NCBI GenBank assembly: GCA_002633005.1
Contig: NMRA01000348.1
Location: 173,065-237,064 of the forward strand
Direction of reading: 5' to 3'
From: Phoronis australis
Taxonomy: Eukaryota; Animalia; Phoronida
DNA: 64,000 bases
Within the stretch, counting starts at the first letter, position 1. Each line of letters opens with the position of its first letter. The translations under genes and the position numbers were made by a program. The notes beneath the pieces were generated by a model. The model saw only the letters and a list, made by a program, of their open reading frames with translations, ran no database searches and had not been told where the DNA came from. This document shows positions 1-12,189 of the stretch, piece after piece.

Positions 1-658
1 GAAACTCCAAGTTCATATTCGACACTCGAATCTTCGATTGACACTTCGTCCGGCATCCATTTATTTCTTGGTGCACCACACAAAATAAAAAATTAAGCTA
101 AAAAAATCTGTATTAAATTCAGTTCATTATAAAAAAATTCGATGCCATGGCGAAGGCTATTATTTGGGCTTAGGTTTCGAATGAAAGTGTTTGCGTAAAG
201 ATCCGTTTCATGAAGTTTTTAACAAAAATGAAGCGGAAATAGTGCCTTTAACGCCTCTTTTCTCGGATAGTATGAATGAAATTCTATCAAATGTGCCAGT
301 TCGAATTGATAGATGTATCCCTATGTGCTTTCTATTGTGAATAATTTCAAGGTATAGTAAAAAAATACCTGGTACAGTTTCGAAAATAATAATAATGGTA
401 ATGGTAACAGTAATGATGATAATAATAAAATGCTAATCAGAGGCTAATTTTACTCTACTTCTTGCTAGGCAAACCTAAAGTCATTTCTGCAATGTGATAC
501 AACATTTTTAAAAAAGTCTAAACTTGATCATTAACTTGAAGAGTCTTCAAGTCTATTTGACGCTAGTTTAAATCCGATGGCATGTAAAAGTGGCACACGT
601 CCTTACAACTCACAAGTAGCTTTGGACGACATTGGATTAGTTTCTTTCTTCTTTGCAG

Positions 659-820
659 CTGACGGACAATGGACAACATGGCAACCGTGGTCGCACTGTA
701 ATGTCACTTGTGGTAATGGTATTCGTGAAAGGAAGCGCTGGTGTGACAATCCTCGACCAGAAGGTGGATCGCAGTGTGTTGGGGTCAAGGAAGAAATCGA
801 GAGTTGTTCTGTTTGCTACA
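659..820 (+). CDS. Gene A exon: thrombospondin type-1 (TSP1) repeat
   Basis: ttctttgcag| [44 protein letters not shown] |gtacgt; WxxWxxW, CxVTCG and RxRxC motifs. Confidence 0.9.
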
Positions 821-3800
821 GTACGTGATATTCGAATTTTTTTTTCAGATTTTGAGCTGTAACAATCGGAGAGCACAGACATCTGCCAATCAAAGCATGC
901 ATGTCTGTCACAATGCGGATTTGGTTTGCGCATCGCGGATGCAAAGCATATCAACAGGATAATTACAAGTTATAGAAATGTGTACTTGCAAACAGGTTAA
1001 ATAAAATTATATTTTGTAAATAGCCCAAGCGAAGATGAAAAGTGTCACTGAAAGTGTGCCAATCGGTAACTTCTGTTTCACGTACTGTCATTTCCGTTTT
1101 TAGTCATCCTTTACGCGAAACTGTTCGGCTTGAGCCTGCAAAGGTACATGTAATTAGGCGGCATTTACCCATTCAATTGTATTTAAACGACTGTTAAGTC
1201 CATCTCACCCAGGGTTGCTCTTAGGTCCAGAATCTATAAATATTGAATTCTGCCCATTAATTGTACCATGTTTATCGAATTACACATATAAAATGATTTT
1301 AATGTAACTTCAGTCTCTTTTAGGGGAAACGTTGCATTAGTGAGCGTGTTTTGGGACAGGTTCGCATATGTTCCTTATTCTGTGTGGTGTTTTGAGCCTT
1401 TTTAGTCTATAAAAACTATATTTCGTAATTATTTAAACCGAAAGTGTGGAGTACTACTTCTTGCGGAAGTGATCAAGTCCTACACTGCAAACATGTCTGA
1501 GCGGCTAAATCACTGTTGTTGGTTTACCTGTTCAGTGTCTGACATCATTGCGCACTGGCAAATTATCATGTATTGGGGCTTGAATTGGAAAGCGGACGGG
1601 TGGTGCGGCCAGTGAGTACAGTTATCAGAACGCAAACGCGAAAGAACACTGTTTCCGGAGCCTCTTCACTGCATTACATTTCCGTTTTTAGTGTAATCGA
1701 TATTTTTGATAATTTTAATTTTCACGGAAATCAAATAAAAAGTTCCAAAGTATCCTACAGTAAACAAAATATACAGAATTGGCTTAAAATGGCAATATTC
1801 CCGTTTCACCCTTTCTATCATTAATTATTCTAATGGAAATTCTAAAAAGAATTCATCGGAAATCATTTTATTGTTTTTCGTAACAGCTTTTGGAAAATAA
1901 TAAAATTGCCACATTTTTAGGAATATCTGGATGCTTTCGACACAAACCCGACGGCCTAAACGGATTCCACGATTTGAAAAATCTAGCGTACTGGAGACAG
2001 TCAAACACACGCATGAGTTGTAGACACGAGTGTCGTAACCTAGGATATAAATATGCCGGCTTGTACTTTGCTGCCGTGTGTCGCTGTGGAAATGAGTTCG
2101 GTAGATATGGTCAGCTGAATGACTCAGAATGTTCTCTGCCATGTAAAGGAGACTCCACAGAGACGTGCGGAGGTCCTGGTGGACATTTTGTTTTGGAGGC
2201 AGTGATTGGTAAGGACATGCATATTACTACTAATTTAAAGTATTTTTCCATGTGATGGCCTTGTGGATATTTATAAGAAGGAGGATTGGAGTCTGGTGAA
2301 AAGGCAGACCAGATATTTAACGGATTTTCCACAAATGCCAAGCAACCCGGGCAATACAACTCACGCCATTGCAGAAATCTCCCGTTTGGTCAATTTAAAT
2401 TCCAGGCGACTGCGGTTTCTAAATCGAGGGTAGTCGGAATATTGGTGTAGTGTATTTAATAAGCGTTCCCGTGCTATTTTGTCCGGCATCACGACTCGCA
2501 AGCCGCTATCAATTATGTTCAATGAATTACTTAAACTGTTCATCAACGGGTACCTAAAACCTGAAACCTTTCCATAAAGCGTCTGTTTTGGCTTAAAATG
2601 TTATCGTATTTCTTCGAGTAAGATGATTGCAGCTTGATCTTTTGTGAGGAATTTAATTTCAGAAGTCAAACAGTTTAGAAAATCACCAGATTTATTCCAT
2701 TATATATAATTTATCCATTGGTTTATTTGCCAATGCGGTATCTCAGCAGCTGCTCTCAATAGGACCTTCTATCAGAGTTTGTGGTTCCAGAGCAATGCTT
2801 GTTGGGTACGTAACAAAGCCTTTTTGAGAACAGGTCGGCCTAAGTTTGGAAGTCGTGGAACTGAGTTTACAGTTCCCTGACTCGTTTTCATGATTGAAAC
2901 CAAATATGAGTGCGTGAAGAGTGTTATTCGGGTAACAGGTCCATGAGTCATTTTTATAAATGAGGAGCTAAGAGTGCGTGAGCCGTGTTGTTCGGGTGAC
3001 TTAAAAGGCATCACGTCAGCCTTCCTGTAAAAAATAGCGTAACATTAACGTGTAATGAAAATGTTAATATTCTGGATAGTCGTGCAAGACCAACATGGGT
3101 AGGCAAGACTACTCTGGTACCCACGGTAGACTATAATCCATCCTAAGTAACCTGTGCTCTACGAGAATTCTGATTGGCGGATTTGATTTGGGCGGCTAGT
3201 CGGCACTGCAGGACATTTGAGATTGGATTGTTATTGTTGAATCACTTCTGTTTTTGTCCGAAACATGCATTTTGTGGGAGGCATCTCCTTACTCTGGTCG
3301 CTTCTATTGCATTAATAGTTTGCTAATGTCTGCAAGGGTGAAGCAATTAATAATTTCGATAAGCCCCTCTGTGCATGTCAATGCCGGTTCGTGTGACGAT
3401 ACCATATTCGAACGTGTACAGGCGTCTTTCACGAGCTTCAATATGTCGGGTGTACCAAAAACGTCCAAGATTCATAGGGTTGCATCTCCAACAGTTCTGA
3501 GGGTATGTTGTTGAAGTTTCACAGTTAAAATTTGGCACATTTGTTGAAAAATAACTGAATTTTTGTCTTCGTAGATTTTTAAATTTTCACGCGAAACACC
3601 GAATTGGAAATGACAGATCAAAAATAAAGATCACGCAGACTACCAATAGACGAATTACATATACGATTCGAAAAATTGCCTACGTTTTACCAGTTTTTAA
3701 TTAAGCAAGAACTCTTCGCTGGATTCTGTGGAGTCTGGTTGATTTCAGTCGAGTGCCTTACCCTAGTAACATTTCAAGGAAATTTTGGTACCCTCATGTA

Positions 3801-6800
3801 TCTAAATTCTCGAATAGCCGTCAGGTAATAACGACTGCGATCAATCCACGCCTGTAGTCACTTACTGAAACCGCGAGTGCGCGAGACCGGCTCCGAAATC
3901 AATCTGTTGCCAAAGCGACGTGTTGAACAGAGCTAGAACTCCAGCTATTACTCTAGATAAGTATTTACAGGGATATTGACAACTAAAAACTCGTAACTGT
4001 TGTGAAAATAATACCGCTACTTCCCGCTATGGTTTTGTAGTTCGAAAATGTGTGGAACAATCGAAATTGGTTTCACTTTCGTGTAATTTTTAAGCAGGTC
4101 ATACAAACCCTCAAACTGGATTTCTTGTCAATTCACCAAGCAGGGTGGTCACCAGCTCCTGCTTTACATTGATGAAGCACTCTTGGCGACAGTGCCTTTC
4201 TCTAAGCCGCTTTGTGTTCCTGTAAAGCACCCTGAGCGCTGTTTAGGAAACAACGATTTCTTAAAACCAATTTTTGTTCTCGAATGCCCATGGGCGTTAT
4301 TTCTTCCTTCTTTTCCGAGAAGCGTTCGTGGGTGCTTTGTTAGTGATGGGTGCTTTATCGGTAATACCCGGTACCGCCTAATTTGGTGCGTGAGCTTCGC
4401 TTTGTACTGGAGACTGGAGTGTAAACAGTCACACATGCTGTTCAAGTCTCGTTTCGGAGAGAGATTGATATTCATGAGATCTATATTGAGAATGACATGT
4501 ATGAAACTAATATGTACGTATACTTAAAAAAACTGTAACAATTGTTTAAACCTGAAAGATTTTCCACGTTATGATCCAATCTAAACCTGTCATGGACAAC
4601 GAGAAGCGGACTCGTTCTTTTTAATCTATCAAAGAATCAGTTAATTAGGGCCACTTTGTTAAAATACGTTTTGTATGATAGATCTTAATAAATGTTTCTT
4701 TCTATACTGGTGCGTCATGTTCAGTTTTGGAAAAGGCATCTTTTGAAAAATGTAACACGCTGGTCACCCTGAGTCCCGGTCGACACTACATGTAATTTCC
4801 AAGCCAACAGGTCAAACACAATGCCGCAATGACCCTCTTGGCGCAATTTCGTAACTGATTTTCAGCTCAACAGGCCGTGTACGCTAACAATAACCGGAAC
4901 CAATTTTCTAATCCGAGCTTTTGCTCTCATTTATTCCAGTAAACGGCACGTGGTCTAATTGGGGAAATTGGACTGCCTGCAGTGCTACGTGTGGCGGAAA
5001 CGGATACCGTAACCGCACGAGGACCTGCACCAACCCGCCACCTGATCCTGGACTGGGCCTGGACTGCGAAGGGCCCAATAACGAAACTCAGACGTGCACG
5101 GCACCGAACGACTGTCCAGGTCAGATTTAAGATTCTAGATAAGAGCCTACGCAAATGCTATCGAACTCTGTCTTTCACCTTCCGTATAATGCCAGATGCC
5201 TGCTCCCGTAATCTTAGTTTCAATTGTTTTTGTGTGGTGAATCAATGCAAACAAAATTTGCAAGTCAAACAGAACATAATTGGTCTGAAGACTTGGGACT
5301 CGTTGTTATTTTGACCACTTACAAGTTTTTCTGCGTTGAGCCAATGCCAAATTTGACGTACATGTATACGTATCTTACCATTTCTTTTGGTGGTTACAAA
5401 AGGTGACCTGACGCTGAAGGCTGTTTGTTTTTTTCCAAACACCATAAGAGAGCATCCGCGAGAAATTGCAAAACAAAAGTCTAACTCGCTTATTATATGA
5501 CATACACAACTAACATCACGAGAGCAGACCGGTTTGTTGCTAATCCGGTAAGAAATTTGAAATTGCAATGTTTAAGGTAACGATTTGCCCACTCACGTGG
5601 TTCTTCAAAACGGTATTGCCATGAGTCAACTGGCATTTCCCTTATATGGACATGATCAGATTTGTTACCGAAGCAGGCATTTTTGTGATTATTGAAAGGT
5701 GAGATAAACTTCCTGCAACAACTAGCTTTTACATGAGATAAGAAACAACAAAATCCGCTGTTTTTGTTTCATTGTAAACGGCAAAGGTTGCAGGTTAGAT
5801 TTCGAGCTGAGGACGCTCTCAGAAAATCATTTTTTGCCAATAACTTTAACATAATTCTCTTGTAAAACCCAAAAGAGTTTTTGTTGGGCCAATGTTTAGC
5901 GCCACCTACTATACAAATGCATCGTTGATCTGCGTTGTAAATCCATGCTTACACTATCATTTTCAAACAATTAATGACTGTGGGACAAATTGGCGGACTC
6001 TCGTTGTGATTTCATGTTCCAATGCCCCATTTGGCTGTCAATACCAAACAATATGGCCCCCTTTCCAACGAAGCTGGATCAGACTGAAGACTCTTTCCAG
6101 TTCTTAAAACAGGGAAGAATTTTATTCCGAATTCTTGTTATTTTCCCAGTGAACGGAAGTTGGTCCTCATGGTTCAACTGGACCTGTGCAGTCACGTGCG
6201 GAGCAGGAAACGCTACACGATTTCGTCAGTGCAACAACCCGGCACCAGCCCACGGAGGCAGCAACTGTTCCGGTGCTGCCATTGAAACTGCACCATGCAG
6301 TGGACTGTCGGCATGTCCAAGTAAGATATTACGTACTCCGTACATGCATGTATTTAGGCCCCTGCGCCTAAAAGTTGCATGTGAAGCTGCGCCTACCTAA
6401 TCAGGTTCATGAGACTACAGATAATAGTCTGCGCCAAAAACTGGGAAGCATATTGTAAAATATATGAATGACTTCTTACCTATCTGTTACTATGACATGT
6501 TAAACATAGTCCTGTAGTATCATTTTCACTAACTGTTATTTGCAAACGAAAAGTATTGGTCTTGGGCAAAAGACAATAATATCATAAGTCAAACACATAT
6601 ACGATGGATTGTCCGACTATCGTAGTAACCTATGGATATGAGTGGAGCTAAATCACATTCTTCTACAGTATATGCAAAGCACTAGAGATCAAAATTTATT
6701 TGAAAAACTCACTATTCTGATTCAAAATGTATGCTTTGTGCGAGTGGGTGTGTCCCCAGGCTATGCAACGGGTAGGTGCGGATCCAGGGTTACAATCAGA

Positions 6801-8207
6801 GGGGAGCATGACAATGGACATACAAAGGTGACGGGCGCTAGTACATGTTTTCCTTTTTGACGGCCTGCATAGCTTCTTTGTATCTTTTGAATCAGGCCTG
6901 ACTGATGGACATGAAGTTTTAGTGGAACCATTTTGTTAGGTTAATAGTAAACACTATTATACTGCTTTGAACTATGCCGCCTGTTTCTAAATCAAATGCC
7001 ATAATCTTGTGATAGTATGTAGATGTATGCACTTGATGATATCGTGTCCATATAGTCAGATGAGCCTGACAGGTGCAAATGAACCCCTCCTTTACCGGCA
7101 ATTGTCTTACGCGTCCGCTGGAAGAGCGGCCCACTGAATGCTTCAGGTTCCCTCAGACTCATCCACGTCAATGCTGTTTCTAAGTGACCTTGTACGGCCT
7201 GTGACCGAATGAGGACCTGAGAAGTGGCAAAAAGATGTTGTCTGATGGATGAGGGCAAGGGGTGGAGAGGTACACCAGCCAGTTGCACCTACCCGTTATA
7301 ACACACTATAGCGTCTCAGGCTACGGGAATGGATAAAACAGCCCCCTACAGCCCCTTTCGGTAGTGACCATCGCCTGCAACTAAATAGTTATGGTCTAGA
7401 TTCATCTGTTGAGGATTCGTAGTTTTCATTTCAGTTCATGGAAACTGGACTGATTGGAGCTCTTGGTCGAACTGTTCAGAGACAGTGTGCCACAAATCTG
7501 GTTCCATTATTCGCTACCGGAACTGTACTAATCCGGCGCCTGCGCTCGGAGGAGACAGCTGTAGTGGAGGGTCTTCGGAAACCGTTACCTGTACTGTATT
7601 ATGCCCCGGTTTGTATTCTTATTGCATTTTGATTCCGTTAAAATTCATTGTGACTTGAATGATTTGTCGAACAATTTACTATACACGTAATTATACCATT
7701 GTGCTCGCCAACTACTCACAAATACCATAATGCAATGCTTCTACGTCTACTCTACTATGGTTGACGCCTTCTCTCGCCATTAACTTATTTTCAAGCATTT
7801 CTTTGAAAATTAGTTCCAAATCTGTTTTCACAAATCTTAGACATTTATCTTAACAGAGTTTAAATAATAACCCTGGTACAAATATTCTTTGGTCTTTTCG
7901 GCAGACCCGCGGTCAAACAGGCTGAATTCGCTATTGTCTCGTATATACTATCGGCGTTTTATCGTTTAGTGAGTCCTGTCGCCTGCAGTTGGCTACCTTT
8001 CACATGTACATGTGTATGTGGGTTCACGAATTTCAGTGAATGGCAACTGGACTATTTGGTCAGAGTGGGGCAACTGTTCTGTGTCATGCGGCGAAGGTGT
8101 GCGACTAAAAACACGGAGATGCACGAATCCAGCCCCGAAAAATGGCGGACTAAACTGCACGGGCGATAAAATGGAGTCAGAAACGTGCAACAACTCAACG
8201 TGTCCAA
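659..8207 (+). CDS. Gene A (partial, multi-exon): extracellular TSP1/WSC mosaic protein, join(659-820,1921-2208,4940-5119,6150-6320,7435-7608,8037-8207); 5' part lies upstream of the window, terminal exon not identified
   Basis: Six AG..GT-bounded exons, all phase 1-1 with lengths divisible by 3, join into one stop-free frame (~382 aa). The first four match gene C exons at 57222-63218. Confidence 0.85.
1921..2208 (+). CDS. Gene A exon: WSC carbohydrate-binding domain
   Basis: tttttag| [44 protein letters not shown] |gtaagg; WSC cysteine pattern. Confidence 0.9.
4940..5119 (+). CDS. Gene A exon: TSP1 repeat
   Basis: ttattccag| [37 protein letters not shown] |gtcaga. Confidence 0.9.
6150..6320 (+). 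CDS. Gene A exon: TSP1 repeat
   Basis: ttttcccag| [44 protein letters not shown] |gtaaga. Confidence 0.9.
7435..7608 (+). CDS. Gene A exon: TSP1 repeat (this frame is absent from the ORF track)
   Basis: catttcag| [57 protein letters not shown] |gtttgt. Confidence 0.88.
8037..8207 (+). CDS. Gene A exon: TSP1 repeat
   Basis: aatttcag| [44 protein letters not shown] |gtaagc. Confidence 0.9.
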
Positions 8208-8706
8208 GTAAGCGTTCTAAATGGAAGTGAACTTGTTGGGCATTATACACATGTACGTAAAAATAATGTGATCTTCAATCATTCTATAAGTGTGGAACTT
8301 CATTTGTTGAAAATAAGCCTTAAAGCTATATGTGCATTTAACAGGATTGGTCTTCATATTTACCTTGCGGCTCAAAACGACATGATAGGTAAGTACAGTG
8401 AATGAGTCTGGTGAAGACAAGGCACTGCTCTAAACGTCTTTCCAGTTTCCTTCGTGTGATGCTACTTGAGTGTGTGACAGGATCTGGATGCCGAGTAGCG
8501 CTTGGGTATTGTGTGGTCCGGAGTAGTAGTGTGTAAATACTTCAATTATTTTGAACTACTTCTTTCGACATTTCCTCTTGTCGCCAAAATTGCCATGAAA
8601 AGAATACTATGTAGATACCTAACCGGTCGATTTTGAGCAACTCGACTGGTTTAGGCACAACAGAATAGGCGGGTTCAGATCAAAAACTGCTGATGTTATT
8701 GCTCCC

Positions 8707-11571
8707 TAGATAATGAGACCATCACAAACACACTCGGGGCAACAACAGTATTTTTATATTTTTGTTTTGACAGTTTGTAAAAAGTATATTTGAATATTTT
8801 GTGAAAAGCACACGCAATTAGATTTTTGAACTTTGAAGTTATACAGGGAATGTGACTTTTACAACTCAAAACATTTGTGTTATATTGCAATAACGTATAC
8901 CTCACAATTCTGCTGGGTGTGTAACATAATTGGGCCAATTATCAAACCACAGTCGACAGTGAGAACGCAGATTAAAGTCAGCATATGGACTGTAGACTCT
9001 ACACTGGGATAGCACCGTGTAATGCTGGTTGAATGCTACACAACCATGAAAAGTAATTAGGCTTTGTTTTGTGGACATCGATTTAAGACATAAATCAGAA
9101 ATATTATCTTGTGATTTGAGCAAATCGTACACAACTGGAGGCTATCCTGAAGGACATCACGTTAGAAAACATGGACAGAGACAACCCCACCACCACCTGG
9201 ACCCGAGTTTATAGTGTTGGCTCTGCTGAAAATGAGGGAGGTGCTATATTCATCAAATACCCAGACGGCAGCTTTCTGCGAAAGCCCATTGCCACAGGCC
9301 TTCACTCCACCAACTAAAGAGCTGAGGCAAATGCCCTGTACCTCGCAGCCCAGACAATCAACCAGCAAACGAGACTCCCGGATCAGACAGTCTTCCTCAC
9401 AGACTGCCGATCTCTCCCGCAGAGCCTCAAGACGAGATATAGAAAACAGATCCTGGAATACATCAAGCAGGAGATGCACATTCTCAGCAGCAAAACCCCC
9501 TTTGTGCTGCAATGGATTCCCTCCCACTGCGGCATCAGCAGCAACGAGGAATCAGACAGACTGTCCAAGGCAGGAAGCAAATTGGAGCTGACGACGCACC
9601 CATCTTCATATGGAGAATTAAAAAACCCTTACACGAAGTCACTTTAGAAATGCCTAGAAGGTGCGCCTACGTCTAGGGACTGAAGAAGACTACAGTATAT
9701 CCACCAACTTGACCGGCAAGAACAAGTCACTATTTTCATTTTAACAACTGGCCAGTACCAGCTGCTCTCGTGCATGCATCGCCTGAATATCTCTCACACA
9801 GACGAGTGCCCCTGTGGCACTTCCCCCAGACACCTGAGCATTTAATGCAGAGTTGCCTACTTTCGATACCCTAAGGCGCCAGACATGGCCCAGTCCGGTG
9901 GAACTCAAGGTAAAACTGTGGGAACCGACGGCATCGTTGCGGCGAACTACGGACTTCGCCCAGAAGACGAGACTGACTATCTAAGCTACATGGCCGGGAA
10001 TGCCAAAGAAGAAGAAGAAGAAGATCTTACGTTTCACAAAACTTTTTCACTTGAGCGAAAGAGTAAACTCTTAGAGGATATCACTGTTAGTTACTGAAAT
10101 AATTCCTATAAATTATTTCTAGAATGCGAGGCGTTCTCTTGGCAGTTGTGAAGTGGGATCGTAAGACCAAATTTTTGTCTGAAGTTTCGAGTCATTTTCA
10201 TGAAACAGATCTTAGGGGCCTGTATTAACTTTACACAAGGCTCTCGTGAGGAATCCCTGGTACTCACGGTATCGGCGGGTAAGCTGCGCTTGTGGGGACA
10301 ATTCGATTAGGTCTATTTCAAAGTGTCTAAGCTTAGAGGATTTTCGGGATTGCGAAATCAACTGGTCTTGTCTGTCCAGTTCCCAAGTAAAACAGTTTCT
10401 CTTGGAAACATCCACCATGTTCGCGCAAACATCGCACTGGTTTCAGTATTAAACTTTGGGGGAGTCAAATAACATGGAAACCATCGTTCGACAAGTGCAT
10501 GAAAGGATTTCCATTTCAGCACTCTCTCCTCCTCGAGTACAACTCCAGTGTAATTATATCTTGATTATTCATGTTAGAAAAGAAGAAATAAAATGGGATT
10601 GGCTTAATTCATGAGCCTGTCAATTAACCTGTCAATTTCAATCTGAAAAAAGAGCCAATTTTAATCAATGAATATTTTTAATATACCCAACAACCTAAAA
10701 AATGTGCATTGTGTGAGCGATAGGATGCTCTTCTTTAACCATTACTAGCGTTGGTTTCTTTTGCTGCCGTGGATGGTCAGCACCGACTCACCAATGAAAA
10801 CTAGTGTGATCACCTGGTGCGCTTGTAATACATGGTGATATCTGGGGCAGAAGTGCGGGATTTCGCTTTCCTCCAAACATGGCAACCCTTAATGGACGAC
10901 ACCCATAAGATTAAATTTCATACTTTCAGTAAGAACCCATAAGTAAATTGAAGAGCCACGTCACCATGACATTGACACCTGCAAGTTAGAAGGTATCCCG
11001 GCGCCTTGAAGTAGGTTATTGGTGCCTTCCTCAAACCAGACCAATTTAAGAATTAGATGTTATGTTCATATAAGTTTCCATTTGTGTCGCTGGTACTTGC
11101 GAAAGTACTCTACGGAACGCAGCTCAGGATTTTGATTTGACGTACACAGAGGACTCCAGAAGCCAGGTGGCAGAGAAATCGGGCGCGTGTCGGACACAGA
11201 GAAAAATTACATAAGGACCATTCATACACAAGACACCTGAGTAAGGTGAAGAGTCCTCGGCCGAAGTGGGAAAATTGGAAACAGTTATCGTGGCAAAGTC
11301 TTATACACACCATGTGTCAAGACGGCTCAGGTTAAAGGTAAGTCATTTACTTAGTTAAAATAGCTTGTTGGTTTCGGTTAGGCTGATATTTCGCGACTTT
11401 GTTAGTCGCTTCACGATTCGGTAAGCTCGTGCGGGGGCGAACATTTCAGTGCTCGACGTTCGTCCCCCGCGTTGTCTTCAGCACAAGTTAACATGGATTT
11501 CTACGGCGGCCTGTACGTTACACTTTTATAAACTGGTACTTTTCACCCCGGGTGCCGTAAAGCACCAAAAG
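8707..11571 (+). repeat. Tandem duplicate unit copy 1 (copy 2 at 12190-15175)
   Basis: Both copies start tagataatgagaccatcac and end gtaaagcaccaaaag and are highly similar throughout; copy 2 begins right after the N at 12189. Confidence 0.92.
9129..10023 (+). mobile_element. 5'-truncated, decayed non-LTR retrotransposon (RNase H-containing, I/Ingi-like group), copy 1
   Basis: Degenerate RNase H (TWTRVY..GS, AEANAL, VFLTDC, LQWIPSHCGISSNEESDRL), C-terminal CxC..TPEH..C knuckle, (GAA)n 3' tail; contains stops and frameshifts. Confidence 0.85.
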
Positions 11572-11577
11572 CCGGTA

Positions 11578-12188
11578 ACACGTACGTCCAAAGGCCATCT
11601 CGTCCATTCTGCAGTGGACCCAGGCGTTCAATATTTTCCAGTCCATCCTGGTCCAGAAGTTTCCACAGGATGCCCCTAAGCTCCCAAAGTATTTGACCAT
11701 AGTTCATGACTGCAACACACACTACGGCCTTTCTGCAGCCTTGTTTTATGATACCCATTTCAGGAAATTTCGGTTTTCTTTCCCCTTGGAGTGGGACCAC
11801 ATCCACTGGGACCTGTGGCGCCAAGTTTGCCTCAAGTTCAACAAGATCCAACGCCACCCAACCAACAGTCAGTCCTTTCGTCAGGGCTCATCCACCTCCA
11901 CATTTTTTCGAGGTTCCCGTGCCCCAACCCCTAACCCCAACTCTTTCCCCACAGGTATCTGCTGGAAGTTCAACGACCAGTCCTGCAACCTTCCCCTCTG
12001 CCGATACCAGCATTGTTGTGGCTTCTGCGGCGCCAACCACCCAGCGCGGTCATGCACCGCCAAAACCACCAACCCACATGCCAGGTATCCCAACACCCGT
12101 AAAAGTAAGCAAACGTAAACCTCTCCTTTCAGGTTATGACTCCCTCTCGACTACGGAGCTTATCAATGGTTTCTCTTTTGGTTTCAGA
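11578..12188 (+). mobile_element. DIRS/Ngaro-type tyrosine-recombinase retrotransposon fragment (gag C-terminus plus overlapping start of pol), truncated at N
   Basis: gag-like ILQWTQAFNIF..KY..YDTHFR..W..LW and CWKFN..C..CRYQHCCGFCGANHPARSC; overlapping +1 frame PTPVKV..LLSGYD..LINGFSFGFR is typical of the DIRS RT N-terminus. Confidence 0.75.
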
Positions 12189-12189
12189 N

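Larger units (their letters stand above)
421..6425 (+). repeat. Segmental paralogue copy 1 (matches ~56975-63335), including introns
   Basis: Colinear exon and intron similarity, e.g. aataaaatgctaa(t/a)cagaggct at the start and gcatgtgaagctgc at the end; exon offset ~56.5-56.9 kb. Confidence 0.9.

Noticed and set aside
8399-8459. Possible short terminal exons of gene A (acceptors ending 8398 or 8445)
   Set aside because: Two equally weak candidates that cannot be distinguished from chance AG sites.
9162-9591. 121-145 aa ORFs on both strands (also 12674-13111)
   Set aside because: Off-frame or antisense shadows of the decayed LINE RNase H region.
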